A program made the position numbers and the translations under genes. This document shows, in pieces, positions 41,116 to 50,540 of a DNA stretch of 64,000 nucleotides. The DNA is taken from the NCBI GenBank assembly GCA_030018265.1, contig JASEFX010000007.1:1122-65121 (forward strand). Direction: 5' to 3'. This DNA is from Candidatus Saccharicenans sp. Lineage in GTDB: Bacteria; Acidobacteriota; Aminicenantia; Aminicenantales; Saccharicenantaceae. Positions within the stretch are counted from its first letter, which is position 1, and the number at the start of each line of letters is the position of its first letter. The notes below the pieces were generated by a model, which was given only the letters and a program-made list of their open reading frames with translations, ran no database searches and was not told the DNA's origin.

Positions 41116-42018
41116 ATGGATAAAGTTGAATTTAAGCGGTTCAATATCTTTTTCGTGTTTCTCCTGGTATGCGTTCTTTTCGGGTACGGGTTAAGTCAGG
41201 ATAGAGGAGTTCCGGCTGAAGCTCAAGAGATGCAAAAAGCTGCCCGCGATTATTTCATCAGAGAATACGTTATCGGTCCTAGGGACCTTCTGGAAATAAA
41301 AGTTTTTGAGCTCCCGGAGTTTGACAACACGGTCAGGGTGTCTGAAGACGGTTCTATTACTCTGCCGCTTCTCGGGAATGTCCAGGTCCGCGGGTTGACG
41401 AAGGAAAAACTCGAGCGGAGACTGGCTGAACTTCTGGAAAAATACGTTAAGAATGCTCAGGTGTCGGTTTTTATAAAAGAATATCAGAGTTCCCGTGTGG
41501 CCATCATCGGTGCGGTGGAAAGACCCGGCATGTACGAACTGGTTGGCCGGCAAACGCTGCTGCAGATGATTTCTCAGGCGGGCGGTTTCAAGGAAAACGC
41601 AGCCAATGAAATTTACATCCTGAGAGAAGGCGAAGGAGGAGTTACCGCTTCTATCAGAATTGACCTGGAAGATCTGCTGCTCAACGGCAATCAGCGGCTG
41701 AACATTCCTCTCCAGCCTAACGATGTGATCAACGTTCCGGTCGACAGGTTGATTACCATTTATGTTTTCGGTCAGGTCCGCAACCCCGGAGCGATTCAGG
41801 TAAAGATGTCTAAAAAGATTACTCTTCTTCAGGCTATCGCCCAGGCCGGGGGCCTGAGCGAAAACGCTTCGAAACGAGGGGTGATTGTGAAAAGAAAAGA
41901 TAAGAGCGGTAAAGAAATAAATTTTAAGATTAATCTGAACGATATCATAAAAGGCAAACGCAAGGATCTCCCGCTCCAGGAAGGAGATGTGGTGATCGTT
42001 CAGGAAAGCATATTTTAG
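41116..42018 (+). CDS. Polysaccharide export OPX protein (short Wza-like, Poly_export plus two SLBB domains)
   Basis: YVIGPRDLLEIKVF, VRVSEDGSITLPLLG, GAVERPG, GQVRNPG, LQEGDVVIVQESIF. Confidence 0.9.
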   Translation: MDKVEFKRFNIFFVFLLVCVLFGYGLSQDRGVPAEAQEMQKAARDYFIREYVIGPRDLLEIKVFELPEFDNTVRVSEDGSITLPLLGNVQVRGLTKEKLERRLAELLEKYVKNAQVSVFIKEYQSSRVAIIGAVERPGMYELVGRQTLLQMISQAGGFKENAANEIYILREGEGGVTASIRIDLEDLLLNGNQRLNIPLQPNDVINVPVDRLITIYVFGQVRNPGAIQVKMSKKITLLQAIAQAGGLSENASKRGVIVKRKDKSGKEINFKINLNDIIKGKRKDLPLQEGDVVIVQESIF

Positions 42019-42042
42019 GGCACGTAAGGTAAGAGGTTAAAG

Positions 42043-44250
42043 ATGAACAACGAAAACTATGTGGAATCTCAGGCCACGGCCGCGGATGAAATAGACCTGA
42101 GAAAATACATCGATATCATCGTACGCAGACGCTGGACGGTGATTTCGGTCACCCTGATCGCGGCGGCCATTTCTCTGATCATTTCCTTTGTCACCAGGCC
42201 CGTTTATAAAGCCAGCGGGACGGTGATGATTGAAAAAGAACCGAACATTTTAAGCTTTGAGGACATTTTTCAGATAGAAACTTTCCGGGATGATTATTTT
42301 CAGACACAGTACAAGCTGCTTCAAAGCCGGAGCCTGGCGGAAAGAACCATCGAACAGCTGAAACTCTGGGAGAAAAAAGAATTTTCCGCCGGGAAAGAGG
42401 TCACGCCGGATGACCTGAAGAATCCAGTTTTCAGAAGAAAATTGATTGACAGGTTCTTAAGCCGGCTCGAGGTCAAGCCGATCAGAATGACCAGGCTGGT
42501 GGAAGTCTCCTTCAAGGCTGGCGACCCGGTCCTGGCCAGCGATTGCGTGAACGCCCTGTTCGATTCTTTCATAGACATGAATATTGAGTCAAAATACGAG
42601 ACCACCGAACAGGCAACCGAATTTCTTACCCAGCAGATCAACGACCTGAAGCGAGAAATAAGCGAGAAAGAACAGGAGCTGCAAAGGTACGGTCAGGAAA
42701 AGGATATCGTTCTGCTGAGCGAGAAAGAAACAACGGTGCTGGATAAGCTAAATGAAGTTAACAAGGCACTGACCGAGGCCCAGATTGACCGGGTAAGGAA
42801 AGAAGCTTATTACAACAGCATCAAAAACGCTTCACCCGATTTTATTCCCGAAGCCCTCAACAACCAGCTGATTCAACGCCTGCGCGAGGATTATGTGAGA
42901 CTCAGCCGGGAATACGCCAAGATGCAGGAGAAATTCCAGCCCGATTACCCGGAAATGCAACGTCTGAAAGCCGAGCTGGATTCAGCCAGAGAACTACTGA
43001 AGAACGAAACCCAGAGGCTGGTGCAGGCCGCTTATTCCGATTATCATGCATCACTTAAGAAAGAGCTGTCATTGCGGGAACTTTTTGAAACACATAAGGA
43101 GGAAGCCTTCCGGCTGAATTCCAGCGCCATTCTTTACAACAGCCTGAAGATTGAAATAGAAAACAAAAAAAATCTTCTCGAATCTCTTCTGAAGAGGCAG
43201 AGCGAAACGGGTCTTTCAGCCCGGCTTAAGGGCCTGAGAACTTCCAACGTCCGCATTGTCGACCGGGCTGACATTCCGATCCATCCTTACAGCCCCAAAA
43301 AATTGCGCAATCTGCTGCTGGCTCTTTTTCTCGGGTTGTTTGGAGGAGTCGGGCTGGCTCTGGTCATGGAGTATCTGGATAATACGATTAAATCAGCCGA
43401 GGATGTTGAGCGTTACTCCAGGTTGCCCACGCTCGGAGTTGTTCCGGCATTTAATGGAGACACTATTCTTGACGGCCATTATTATGCCTACCGCTCGAGA
43501 GAGGATGAGTCAGAAGACAGGAAGAAAAAGAGAAATGAAAAGGAAGAGACAGCCGCGGGGACTGAACCCAGAAGCATCGAGCTGATCAGTTACTTTGCTC
43601 CGGAATCCACCTTTGCCGAAAGCTACCGCTCGCTGAGAACCGCTCTGTTGTTATCCGGACCCCTTTCGAGTCTTAAAAGCTTGATCATCACCAGTCCTCT
43701 GCCGAATGAAGGCAAATCCGTAACCATTTCCAATTTGGCGGTGAGTCTGGCCCAGATGGAAAAGAAGGTTTTGCTGGTGGATGCCGACCTGCGCCGGCCA
43801 AAACAATACCGCATTTTTAACATAAAAAACCACGACGGGCTGAGCAACTTTCTGACCATAGGGGTGGATATTGAAAAACTGATTAAGCCCACGATTGTGC
43901 CTTTTCTGTACTTGATAAACTCCGGGCCGATCCCGCCGAACCCGGCCGAGCTGCTCGGTTCCGAAAGGATGAAGGAACTTCTGGAAAGGGCGAAAGAAGA
44001 TTTTGACTTTGTTTTGATAGACACTCCGCCGCTTCTTTCCGTGACAGATTCCCAGGTGCTGGGCAAGCTGGTTGATGGGATTATAATGGTGGTGCATGCG
44101 GAAAAAACACCCCGCGAAGCCCTGCGGCAGGCAAGAGAGATTATCGACCTGCTTCAACTGAAGACGTTCGGGGTGGTGATCAACGCCCTCAACCTTGACA
44201 ACCGTGGATATTATTATCGCCGCTATTATCGGCATTATTATAAAAAATAG
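42043..44250 (+). CDS. wzc: Polysaccharide co-polymerase / BY-kinase (Wzc)
   Basis: EIDLR, two TM segments, coiled coil, ESYRSLRT, Walker A EGKS, DADLRRP, IDTPP, Tyr cluster GYYYRRYYRHYY. Confidence 0.93.
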   Translation: MNNENYVESQATAADEIDLRKYIDIIVRRRWTVISVTLIAAAISLIISFVTRPVYKASGTVMIEKEPNILSFEDIFQIETFRDDYFQTQYKLLQSRSLAERTIEQLKLWEKKEFSAGKEVTPDDLKNPVFRRKLIDRFLSRLEVKPIRMTRLVEVSFKAGDPVLASDCVNALFDSFIDMNIESKYETTEQATEFLTQQINDLKREISEKEQELQRYGQEKDIVLLSEKETTVLDKLNEVNKALTEAQIDRVRKEAYYNSIKNASPDFIPEALNNQLIQRLREDYVRLSREYAKMQEKFQPDYPEMQRLKAELDSARELLKNETQRLVQAAYSDYHASLKKELSLRELFETHKEEAFRLNSSAILYNSLKIEIENKKNLLESLLKRQSETGLSARLKGLRTSNVRIVDRADIPIHPYSPKKLRNLLLALFLGLFGGVGLALVMEYLDNTIKSAEDVERYSRLPTLGVVPAFNGDTILDGHYYAYRSREDESEDRKKKRNEKEETAAGTEPRSIELISYFAPESTFAESYRSLRTALLLSGPLSSLKSLIITSPLPNEGKSVTISNLAVSLAQMEKKVLLVDADLRRPKQYRIFNIKNHDGLSNFLTIGVDIEKLIKPTIVPFLYLINSGPIPPNPAELLGSERMKELLERAKEDFDFVLIDTPPLLSVTDSQVLGKLVDGIIMVVHAEKTPREALRQAREIIDLLQLKTFGVVINALNLDNRGYYYRRYYRHYYKK

Positions 44251-45081
44251 ATGGACACCAAGCTTAAAATATACTATTCCCGCAAGCCCGGTTCTGAAGG
44301 CATGATCGACCTGCATACTCACCTTCTGCCAGACTGGGATGATGGGCCTGAGAGCTGGGATGAAGTGAGCCGGATGGTGGAGGTAGCGGCGGCGGACGGG
44401 GAGACCGCAGTCTGTTTGACGCCTCATATATTTCGATTTTCCCGCTATCAGGACAATCAGCAGATTCTGGAAGAGCGCTTCCAGCAGTTTTATGAGAGAT
44501 TTGGCGCCGATAACCGGATCAGTTTTTTCAGGGGGGCTGAAGTTTTCATCCACCCGGATATGGTCCAGGAAATTGAATCAAGGCATTTGAGTGTGAACCA
44601 GAGCGAATACGTGTTTGTTGAATTTCCTTCTGACCAGGTTCCAGCCGGGGCCAGGGAGCTCTTCTATCGCCTGATGTTAGCCGGCTATACTCCGATTATC
44701 AGTCATCCGGAAAGGAACGAATTTTTCGGCCGGCAGCCTGAGATTCTCTATGATTTTATAAATCGTGGATGTCTCGCCCAGCTGACCGCCGGAAGTCTGG
44801 TCGGAAGTTTTGGCCGGGAAGTCCAGAGAAGAGCCGAATTGTTTCTGAAACATCATCTGGTTCAAATTATGGCCTCCGATGCGCATGATTACCGGAAGAG
44901 ACCTCCGGTTCTCAGCCGGGGAGTGGAAGCCGCTGCCCGCCTTGTTGGCAGTGAATTAGCCGAGGCGATGGTCAGGCAGGTTCCTGAAGCGATTCTCAAT
45001 AATCAGATTATTCCAGAACTGGAAAGGCCGACCAGTCCGCTGCGACGCGGGTTTTTCTTTCGGTGGTTTAAAAAAAAGTGA
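44251..45081 (+). CDS. CpsB/CapC-family PHP tyrosine phosphatase (start possibly 44302)
   Basis: IDLHTHLLPDWDDGP, TPH, HPERN, ASDAH. Confidence 0.9.
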   Translation: MDTKLKIYYSRKPGSEGMIDLHTHLLPDWDDGPESWDEVSRMVEVAAADGETAVCLTPHIFRFSRYQDNQQILEERFQQFYERFGADNRISFFRGAEVFIHPDMVQEIESRHLSVNQSEYVFVEFPSDQVPAGARELFYRLMLAGYTPIISHPERNEFFGRQPEILYDFINRGCLAQLTAGSLVGSFGREVQRRAELFLKHHLVQIMASDAHDYRKRPPVLSRGVEAAARLVGSELAEAMVRQVPEAILNNQIIPELERPTSPLRRGFFFRWFKKK

Positions 45082-45090
45082 AAAAATTTC

Positions 45091-45119
45091 TTGAAAAATG
45101 AGTAAAGAAAAGTTATATA
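45091..45119 (+). promoter_or_regulatory. Internal sigma70-type promoter
   Basis: TTGAAA-17 nt-TATATA in an AT-rich gap, followed by GGGAGGT RBS. Confidence 0.5.
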
Positions 45120-45147
45120 TTGATTATAATTGTTGAGGGAGGTTAAA

Positions 45148-45681
45148 ATGCTCCGCCAAAGAATTTATCGGTCTCCCTTTTTTGCCGGAATGGTCATCGC
45201 CTCATTTTTGCTTTTATTGATTCCCGTGGAAGCTCTGGCTGCTCCAACCGGCTCGCTGGTGGGATTTATCTTCGCTGCTGACATGAAAACTCCGGTGCAG
45301 AACGCCGTGGTTAAAATCAGAAGTCTGGATGACGGCAAAGAATATGTGAGCACCCCAACGGATGCCAGCGGCAATTACAAACTGGAAAAGGTGAAGGAAG
45401 GCAAATACATACTCGGAGTGACGGCTCCTGACGGCGATTATAATTTCCCCTACATTATGGTCGTAAAAGGTGGCGAGATGGCCAAGCTGTCTCTCGCGCT
45501 GAAAGCTGGAAGCGCAACCGGGCTCGGTCAGGAAACTCTGGAACAAGCGGAAAAAGAAAAAGTTTCATTCTTCAAAACTCCGGTGGGTGTGGCTGTGCTG
45601 ATGGTCGCCACCACTCTGGCTCTCTACGGAACTTTCAAGTTGCTCGAGGGCAAAGAAGAAGCTTCACCGTCCAGGAAGTAG
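45148..45681 (+). CDS. Small exported carboxypeptidase-regulatory-like (beta-sandwich) protein with C-terminal hydrophobic segment
   Basis: Signal peptide ALA|A; GSLVG...PVQNAVV...TDASGNY...EGKYILGV; C-terminal FFKTPVGVAVLMVATTLALYG...EASPSRK. Confidence 0.7.
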   Translation: MLRQRIYRSPFFAGMVIASFLLLLIPVEALAAPTGSLVGFIFAADMKTPVQNAVVKIRSLDDGKEYVSTPTDASGNYKLEKVKEGKYILGVTAPDGDYNFPYIMVVKGGEMAKLSLALKAGSATGLGQETLEQAEKEKVSFFKTPVGVAVLMVATTLALYGTFKLLEGKEEASPSRK

Positions 45682-45776
45682 AATTCCCGGCATAATTTTT
45701 CGCACCGGGAAGCGGGCTTCTGACAGATTGATTCCTTTTCTGTATCCCGCAATGAGATTTATTACTCTGTAGATTG

Positions 45777-47198
45777 ATGGAATGGATTATATTCGTTATT
45801 CTCTGTCTGCTTCTGTGGCTTTTGCCGCTCCCTTTTGGCGGAAATGTTGAATGGGCTGTCCTGGTTCTGGAAGTAACCGTCTGGGTTTTATTCCTGGCTT
45901 ATATAGCCGTTCTATCGCGCAGTAAATCTGAAGTCGGCGCCAGAGCAAGATCACCTGTTGAGCGGGCGGTCTTGTGGCTGGCAATCCTTTTTTTTCTAAC
46001 AGGGGGGCTTCAGCTCATTCCGCTGCCGGAAGGTCTCGTCGGAACGATATCTCCTGCGGCACACTCCTGGCGTCAATCCCTGGTAATTGTCGGTCTTTTT
46101 CAGCCGGGAAAGTTCGGGCTTCAGACATTGTCTTTGTCCCCGTGGGCCAGCGCTTACGAATTGATCAGATATCTAACGTACGGAGCGTTTGTGTTTCTCC
46201 TGGCCAGGACTCTTAACAGCCGTGCCAGGATCACAGTGCTGACGGTTACTCTGATCAGTGCTGGGGTTTTTCAATCCCTGTACGGACTCTCGGAATTTTT
46301 TGGCGGCACCAACCGGATCTTCACCTGGGTTAACAAATATTATTCGGGCAGCGCTTTTGGAACGTTCGTCAACCGCGACCATTATTCTGCCTTTTTAGAA
46401 ATGCTTTTCCCCTTGAGTCTGGGTTATTTCCTGGTGCGTTCAGAGTTTTTTTCACTGCGGCCCGGCCTTAACTGGAGACAGAAATTAGCCCGCTTCGGTC
46501 AGGAACACGTGCAAAAGTCCCTGCTGTTCATCATACCGCCGCTGATAATTGGACTCGGTCTGTTTTTCTCACGCTGCCGTTCAGGAATCATTATCTTCAT
46601 CGTCATCTTTTTTGTAACCCTGATCATGCTTTCTGTGTCAGCTGAATCGGAAAGACCTGGAACAGAAAAGAAACTCGTGCGGGTAGTGGTGCTGGTGGTG
46701 CTGCTGGCGGTGGTTCTGGTCGGGATAGATCCGATTCTGGAGAGATTCACGCGGGAAGGTTTTATCGATAAAAGCAGGCTGCTTTTCTATCGCCATACTC
46801 TTGACCTGATTGCAGATTATCCTCTGGTGGGATGCGGACTCGGGACTTATGCTCAGGCCATTAATTATTATTTACCCGGAGACCCGGGAGTCATTGTCAG
46901 TCATGCCCACAACGATTATCTGGAAATGCTGGCTGAGTCCGGACTGATCGGCGGTTTATCGTTAATCATAGCCGGCTTCCTGGCGTTTTCCCTGTCTTTA
47001 AGAAAATGGTTGAGATGCCGGAATCCACTCGCCAAGGGAGTTGGCCTGGGAGCGCTGATGGGGGTACTGGCGATATTTCTGCACAGCCTGACGGATTTCA
47101 GTCTCAGAATGCCCGGGAATGCCCTTGTCTGGTTGAGTCTTATGGTTCTGGCGATAAAAACTCCTGCCGTCCTGGAAAAAGAGGAGGGGCAGCCATGA
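45777..47198 (+). CDS. O-antigen ligase / Wzy_C family membrane protein
   Basis: About 12 TM segments, GTFVNRDH, SRCRSG, GCGLGTY, HAHNDYLEMLAESG, HSLTDFSL. Confidence 0.88.
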   Translation: MEWIIFVILCLLLWLLPLPFGGNVEWAVLVLEVTVWVLFLAYIAVLSRSKSEVGARARSPVERAVLWLAILFFLTGGLQLIPLPEGLVGTISPAAHSWRQSLVIVGLFQPGKFGLQTLSLSPWASAYELIRYLTYGAFVFLLARTLNSRARITVLTVTLISAGVFQSLYGLSEFFGGTNRIFTWVNKYYSGSAFGTFVNRDHYSAFLEMLFPLSLGYFLVRSEFFSLRPGLNWRQKLARFGQEHVQKSLLFIIPPLIIGLGLFFSRCRSGIIIFIVIFFVTLIMLSVSAESERPGTEKKLVRVVVLVVLLAVVLVGIDPILERFTREGFIDKSRLLFYRHTLDLIADYPLVGCGLGTYAQAINYYLPGDPGVIVSHAHNDYLEMLAESGLIGGLSLIIAGFLAFSLSLRKWLRCRNPLAKGVGLGALMGVLAIFLHSLTDFSLRMPGNALVWLSLMVLAIKTPAVLEKEEGQP

Positions 47199-47884
47199 AA
47201 GGGCAGAATGACGCCCGCCGGATCATGCAGAAAATTGCCACAGTTCTGGCGATGGCTGGCGGTTTACTGGCTCTGACCGCTTCCGTTTTTTTATACTGCG
47301 GGTACTGGCATTATTACCGCTATCAGGAAGCCATCAGAAATGTTAGAAGTCTGGAGCGGGAATATCCAGCCCTGGAAAAAAGATTGCGGGCGGTGGTGAA
47401 CTGTTATCCTCTGTCTGTTTTTTACTACGAACTCGGCCGGTTGCATCTTCGCCGGGCGATGGCTGAAGTTGAGTTTTACCAGGCGCAAAACAGCGATATT
47501 TATTTAGATAAAGCCCGGGAAGCCCTGCTGCGGGCGGTGGAGGGGAATCCCCTTGACCACAGCTTTTTATGGGAATTGAGCAAGGTTTATTTTCTCTACA
47601 ATTATCCGATTATGACCTATGCTGAGAAGGGACGTCTGATCTGCCGGGAGGCGCTGAGGCGCTATCCTTACAATGAATTTCTCTTCCTCAACATCGCGCT
47701 GATCTTTTTTGAGCAGTGGCCGCTTCTCGAACAATCGGAGAAGGAATGGCTTGCCGAAAGCCTGAAACGGATGATCGGCGCCGATCCACGTTTCATCGAC
47801 CGCCTGAGAAATCGCTGGCGTCAGAGTTACCGGGAAACGCGGACACTGGACGCCAGGCTGGCCGAGCTCAAACTCAGCCCTTGA
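47195..47884 (+). CDS. Membrane-anchored helical-repeat (TPR-like) protein
   Basis: ATGA overlap with the ligase stop; N-terminal TM; A..A...NP / ALRRYPYN helical-repeat pattern. Confidence 0.6.
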   Translation: MKGQNDARRIMQKIATVLAMAGGLLALTASVFLYCGYWHYYRYQEAIRNVRSLEREYPALEKRLRAVVNCYPLSVFYYELGRLHLRRAMAEVEFYQAQNSDIYLDKAREALLRAVEGNPLDHSFLWELSKVYFLYNYPIMTYAEKGRLICREALRRYPYNEFLFLNIALIFFEQWPLLEQSEKEWLAESLKRMIGADPRFIDRLRNRWRQSYRETRTLDARLAELKLSP

Positions 47885-47926
47885 GCGGTCGGCCTGTTAT
47901 TTTAACTTTATGTGAACGGAGGGGAG

Positions 47927-49105
47927 ATGAAAGAAAGTAAGAATTCAGGATATCTCAGGAAAATATCAGCTGTTATTTTTTTGTCTTTAATCATTTTCCC
48001 GGTTCTGGCTGGTGGCATTCTGATGCCTCAATCATCCGCCGCTGATGAAACGCGTTACCTGAGGTTTGCACGCGGAATTAACCTGCCATTCTGGTTCTGG
48101 CTGAACAGCGGAGAGCTTCAGCCTCTGGAGAAACGTTTTTCTGAAGACGACCTGGCGCTCATCCGCCAGCTTGGCTTTACTTACGTCCGGGTGCCAGTGG
48201 ATATGGCTAACATATATGACCCAGAACGGAACGATCTGCTGCATCCAGCGGCCATGGAGCTCCTGCTTTCAGGGCTCAAAAAAATAATTTCCACCGGTCT
48301 CGCCGTAAATTTTGACCTGCACAGCATTTCTCAGAAAACCGGGGGATCTGATTATTCGGGCCCGCTTGGGAAGGACCCGGAATTTACCGAAAAGTTTTTT
48401 GTTTTCTGGGAAAACCTGGCCGTGAAGCTGTCTGTTTTTGACCCGGAGTGGCTGATCGTGGAACCGATGAATGAACCCGTATTTCTTGGAGAGGAACACC
48501 GCTGGCCGCCGATCCAGAAAGAACTTATCGCCCGGATAAGGGCTAAGTTGCCGCGGCATACCATCCTGGCCACAGGAGCTTTCTGGTCCAACCTTTCAAC
48601 CCTGCTGGCGCTCGAGCCGCTGGATGACCCCAAAATCTGGTATTGTTTTCATTTTTATGAACCTCACATTTTCACCCATCAGGGCGCCCACTGGAGTTCG
48701 GAGCTGGTGAAGAAAGTGAGAAAAGTGCCGTATCCTTCTTCGCCGGAAGCAGTGAAGGAAGCGATGGCCCTGGTGCAGGAGGAAAACCTTAAAAAGGCTC
48801 TTAAAACCTATGGAGAGGAGAGATGGGATGCTGCCAGAATAGAGGAAAGAATCCGCCAGGCTGCCGATTGGGCCTCAAGACATCGCGTACGGCTGATCTG
48901 CAATGAGTTCGGGGCTTACCGCATCTACTGCCCTCCGGCGGCGCGCGTTGCCTGGGTTCGCGATGTCAGGTCGGCTCTGGAAAAGTACGGGATCAGCTGG
49001 GCGATGTGGGAGTTTGACGGAAGCTTCGGGCTGGTATACCGGAGGGGGAATAAAGTGATTCCCGACAGAAAACTGGCGCAAGCTCTGGGGTTGAACATTA
49101 AGTAG
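47927..49105 (+). CDS. Exported glycoside hydrolase family 5
   Basis: RGINL, VRVPV, DLH, acid/base NEP, FHFYEPHIFTHQGAHW, nucleophile NEFG, WAMW. Confidence 0.9.
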   Translation: MKESKNSGYLRKISAVIFLSLIIFPVLAGGILMPQSSAADETRYLRFARGINLPFWFWLNSGELQPLEKRFSEDDLALIRQLGFTYVRVPVDMANIYDPERNDLLHPAAMELLLSGLKKIISTGLAVNFDLHSISQKTGGSDYSGPLGKDPEFTEKFFVFWENLAVKLSVFDPEWLIVEPMNEPVFLGEEHRWPPIQKELIARIRAKLPRHTILATGAFWSNLSTLLALEPLDDPKIWYCFHFYEPHIFTHQGAHWSSELVKKVRKVPYPSSPEAVKEAMALVQEENLKKALKTYGEERWDAARIEERIRQAADWASRHRVRLICNEFGAYRIYCPPAARVAWVRDVRSALEKYGISWAMWEFDGSFGLVYRRGNKVIPDRKLAQALGLNIK

Positions 49106-49109
49106 GATT

Positions 49110-49553
49110 TCAGCCAGGAAAATTATTTTTATACTTTGACTGGATTCGGGCAAACTGTTCTTTTATTTCACGCGGCAAGCTCGATCCTGAAATTCGTGGG
49201 CCAAGCCTGAAACGGTAAATTTCTTTAAGATAATGTTCAACCTGTTCGGTTTTCTTAAGGTTGTAAGCCGAGAGAGTTAGATAAACAAAGGCGGCACCGA
49301 GGAGGTCCGGTTCGTCCAGCAGGCCGAAGGCAGCGATTTTTAAACATTCAAAAGCTTCTTCAAAATTACCCCGGTTAAAAGCTTCGATTCCTTCTTCGTA
49401 AAGGTTAAGGTAAAAGGGGTCAATCTTTTTTGATCCGTCTGGCAGTTGCTGAGCTTTGAGGGGGATATTAAACAATAAGAGGCAAATGAACAGGGTTGAC
49501 AGAAGAGGAGAGGCCGGAATCAGATACTCTTTCACCTTCGCCAGGCCGGACAT
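49110..49553 (-). CDS. Small exported TPR-like hypothetical protein
   Basis: Signal peptide; YEEGIEAFNRGNFEEAFECLKIA helical repeat; TTGCCT-17-TAAAAT promoter upstream on the minus strand. Confidence 0.6.
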   Translation of the reverse strand: MSGLAKVKEYLIPASPLLSTLFICLLLFNIPLKAQQLPDGSKKIDPFYLNLYEEGIEAFNRGNFEEAFECLKIAAFGLLDEPDLLGAAFVYLTLSAYNLKKTEQVEHYLKEIYRFRLGPRISGSSLPREIKEQFARIQSKYKNNFPG

Positions 49554-49855
49554 TTCCTTTTCTCCCGATTAAAATTAAACAAATTTTAATCCATTTTTGG
49601 CTTTCAGGCAAGTCCCGGAGCAAGGCCAATTCATGCGCCTTACAAACCCTGGTTGAAAGCCTTTCTCAGGTTTGCATCTGAACGCGGCTTTCTGTGCCAG
49701 AAAAGCCCTTTTATTGTGAAAGATATCCAGAGCAAGGTAAATGCAGCTCCCTGTGCTTACCTCCAGGCCGGGGATTAATTAATGCAGCGATGCGAGTATA
49801 ATTTTTTGTCGTATGGCGTAATGCCAGCATATAATAAATCTAAGAGGAAACAAAG

Positions 49856-50110
49856 TTGAGAAGACCGTTGCTTAACGATTTCCGGAAGTTAGCCGAGATC
49901 TCCTCGCTGGTTTTGATCCTGCCCTCTTCTATAGCCGTTGGCCTGGCCATCGGTTACCTGCTCGATCGCTGGCTTAAAACCGAGCCCTGGATGCTGCTGA
50001 TCTGGCTTATATTCGGAGTAGCCTCCGGGCTGCTCAACCTATTCAGGGGTATAAAGCGGTATCTGCGGGAAATTGAGGAGAAGGGAGATCGCTCCCGGCG
50101 GTCGGATTGA
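49856..50110 (+). CDS. AtpZ/AtpI-family ATP synthase accessory protein
   Basis: IAVGLAIGYLLDRWLKTEPWMLLIWLIFG motif, heading the atp genes. Confidence 0.88.
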   Translation: MRRPLLNDFRKLAEISSLVLILPSSIAVGLAIGYLLDRWLKTEPWMLLIWLIFGVASGLLNLFRGIKRYLREIEEKGDRSRRSD

Positions 50111-50150
50111 ATATCCTTAAAGATGTCTGTAAAATCTTTTGAGGCAGAAA

Positions 50151-50540
50151 ATGAATAATCACGGGCTGGAAAAATCCATAAGACGGGTGCCGCTGGAAAC
50201 GCTGATACTTGGAGTGATTTCTGGAGCAGCTGCTTTCTTTTTGTTTGAACCAGCTTCAGGAGTACTCGTCCTGGCCGGGGCGATTCTGTCCAGTCTGGGT
50301 TTTATATCTGTTAAATCTTTTGTTGACAGGTATTTATATTCGAAATCACACCGCCTCCGCCGCCGGGCGCTGATTTTTTACGCGGTGAGGCTATTGTTGA
50401 TTTGCCTTATTTTTTTAATTATAATCATATTCTTCAAGACCAGGATATTAGCTCTGGCTGCAGGTTTTTCTCTTATAGTAATCTCAATTATTCTGGAGGT
50501 GGTCAGGAATCTGGCCAGCTTGAAGCTATGGAAGGCTTAG
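50151..50540 (+). CDS. atpI: ATP synthase subunit I (AtpI)
   Basis: Four-TM hydrophobic protein between the atpZ-like gene and atpB. Confidence 0.7.
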   Translation: MNNHGLEKSIRRVPLETLILGVISGAAAFFLFEPASGVLVLAGAILSSLGFISVKSFVDRYLYSKSHRLRRRALIFYAVRLLLICLIFLIIIIFFKTRILALAAGFSLIVISIILEVVRNLASLKLWKA

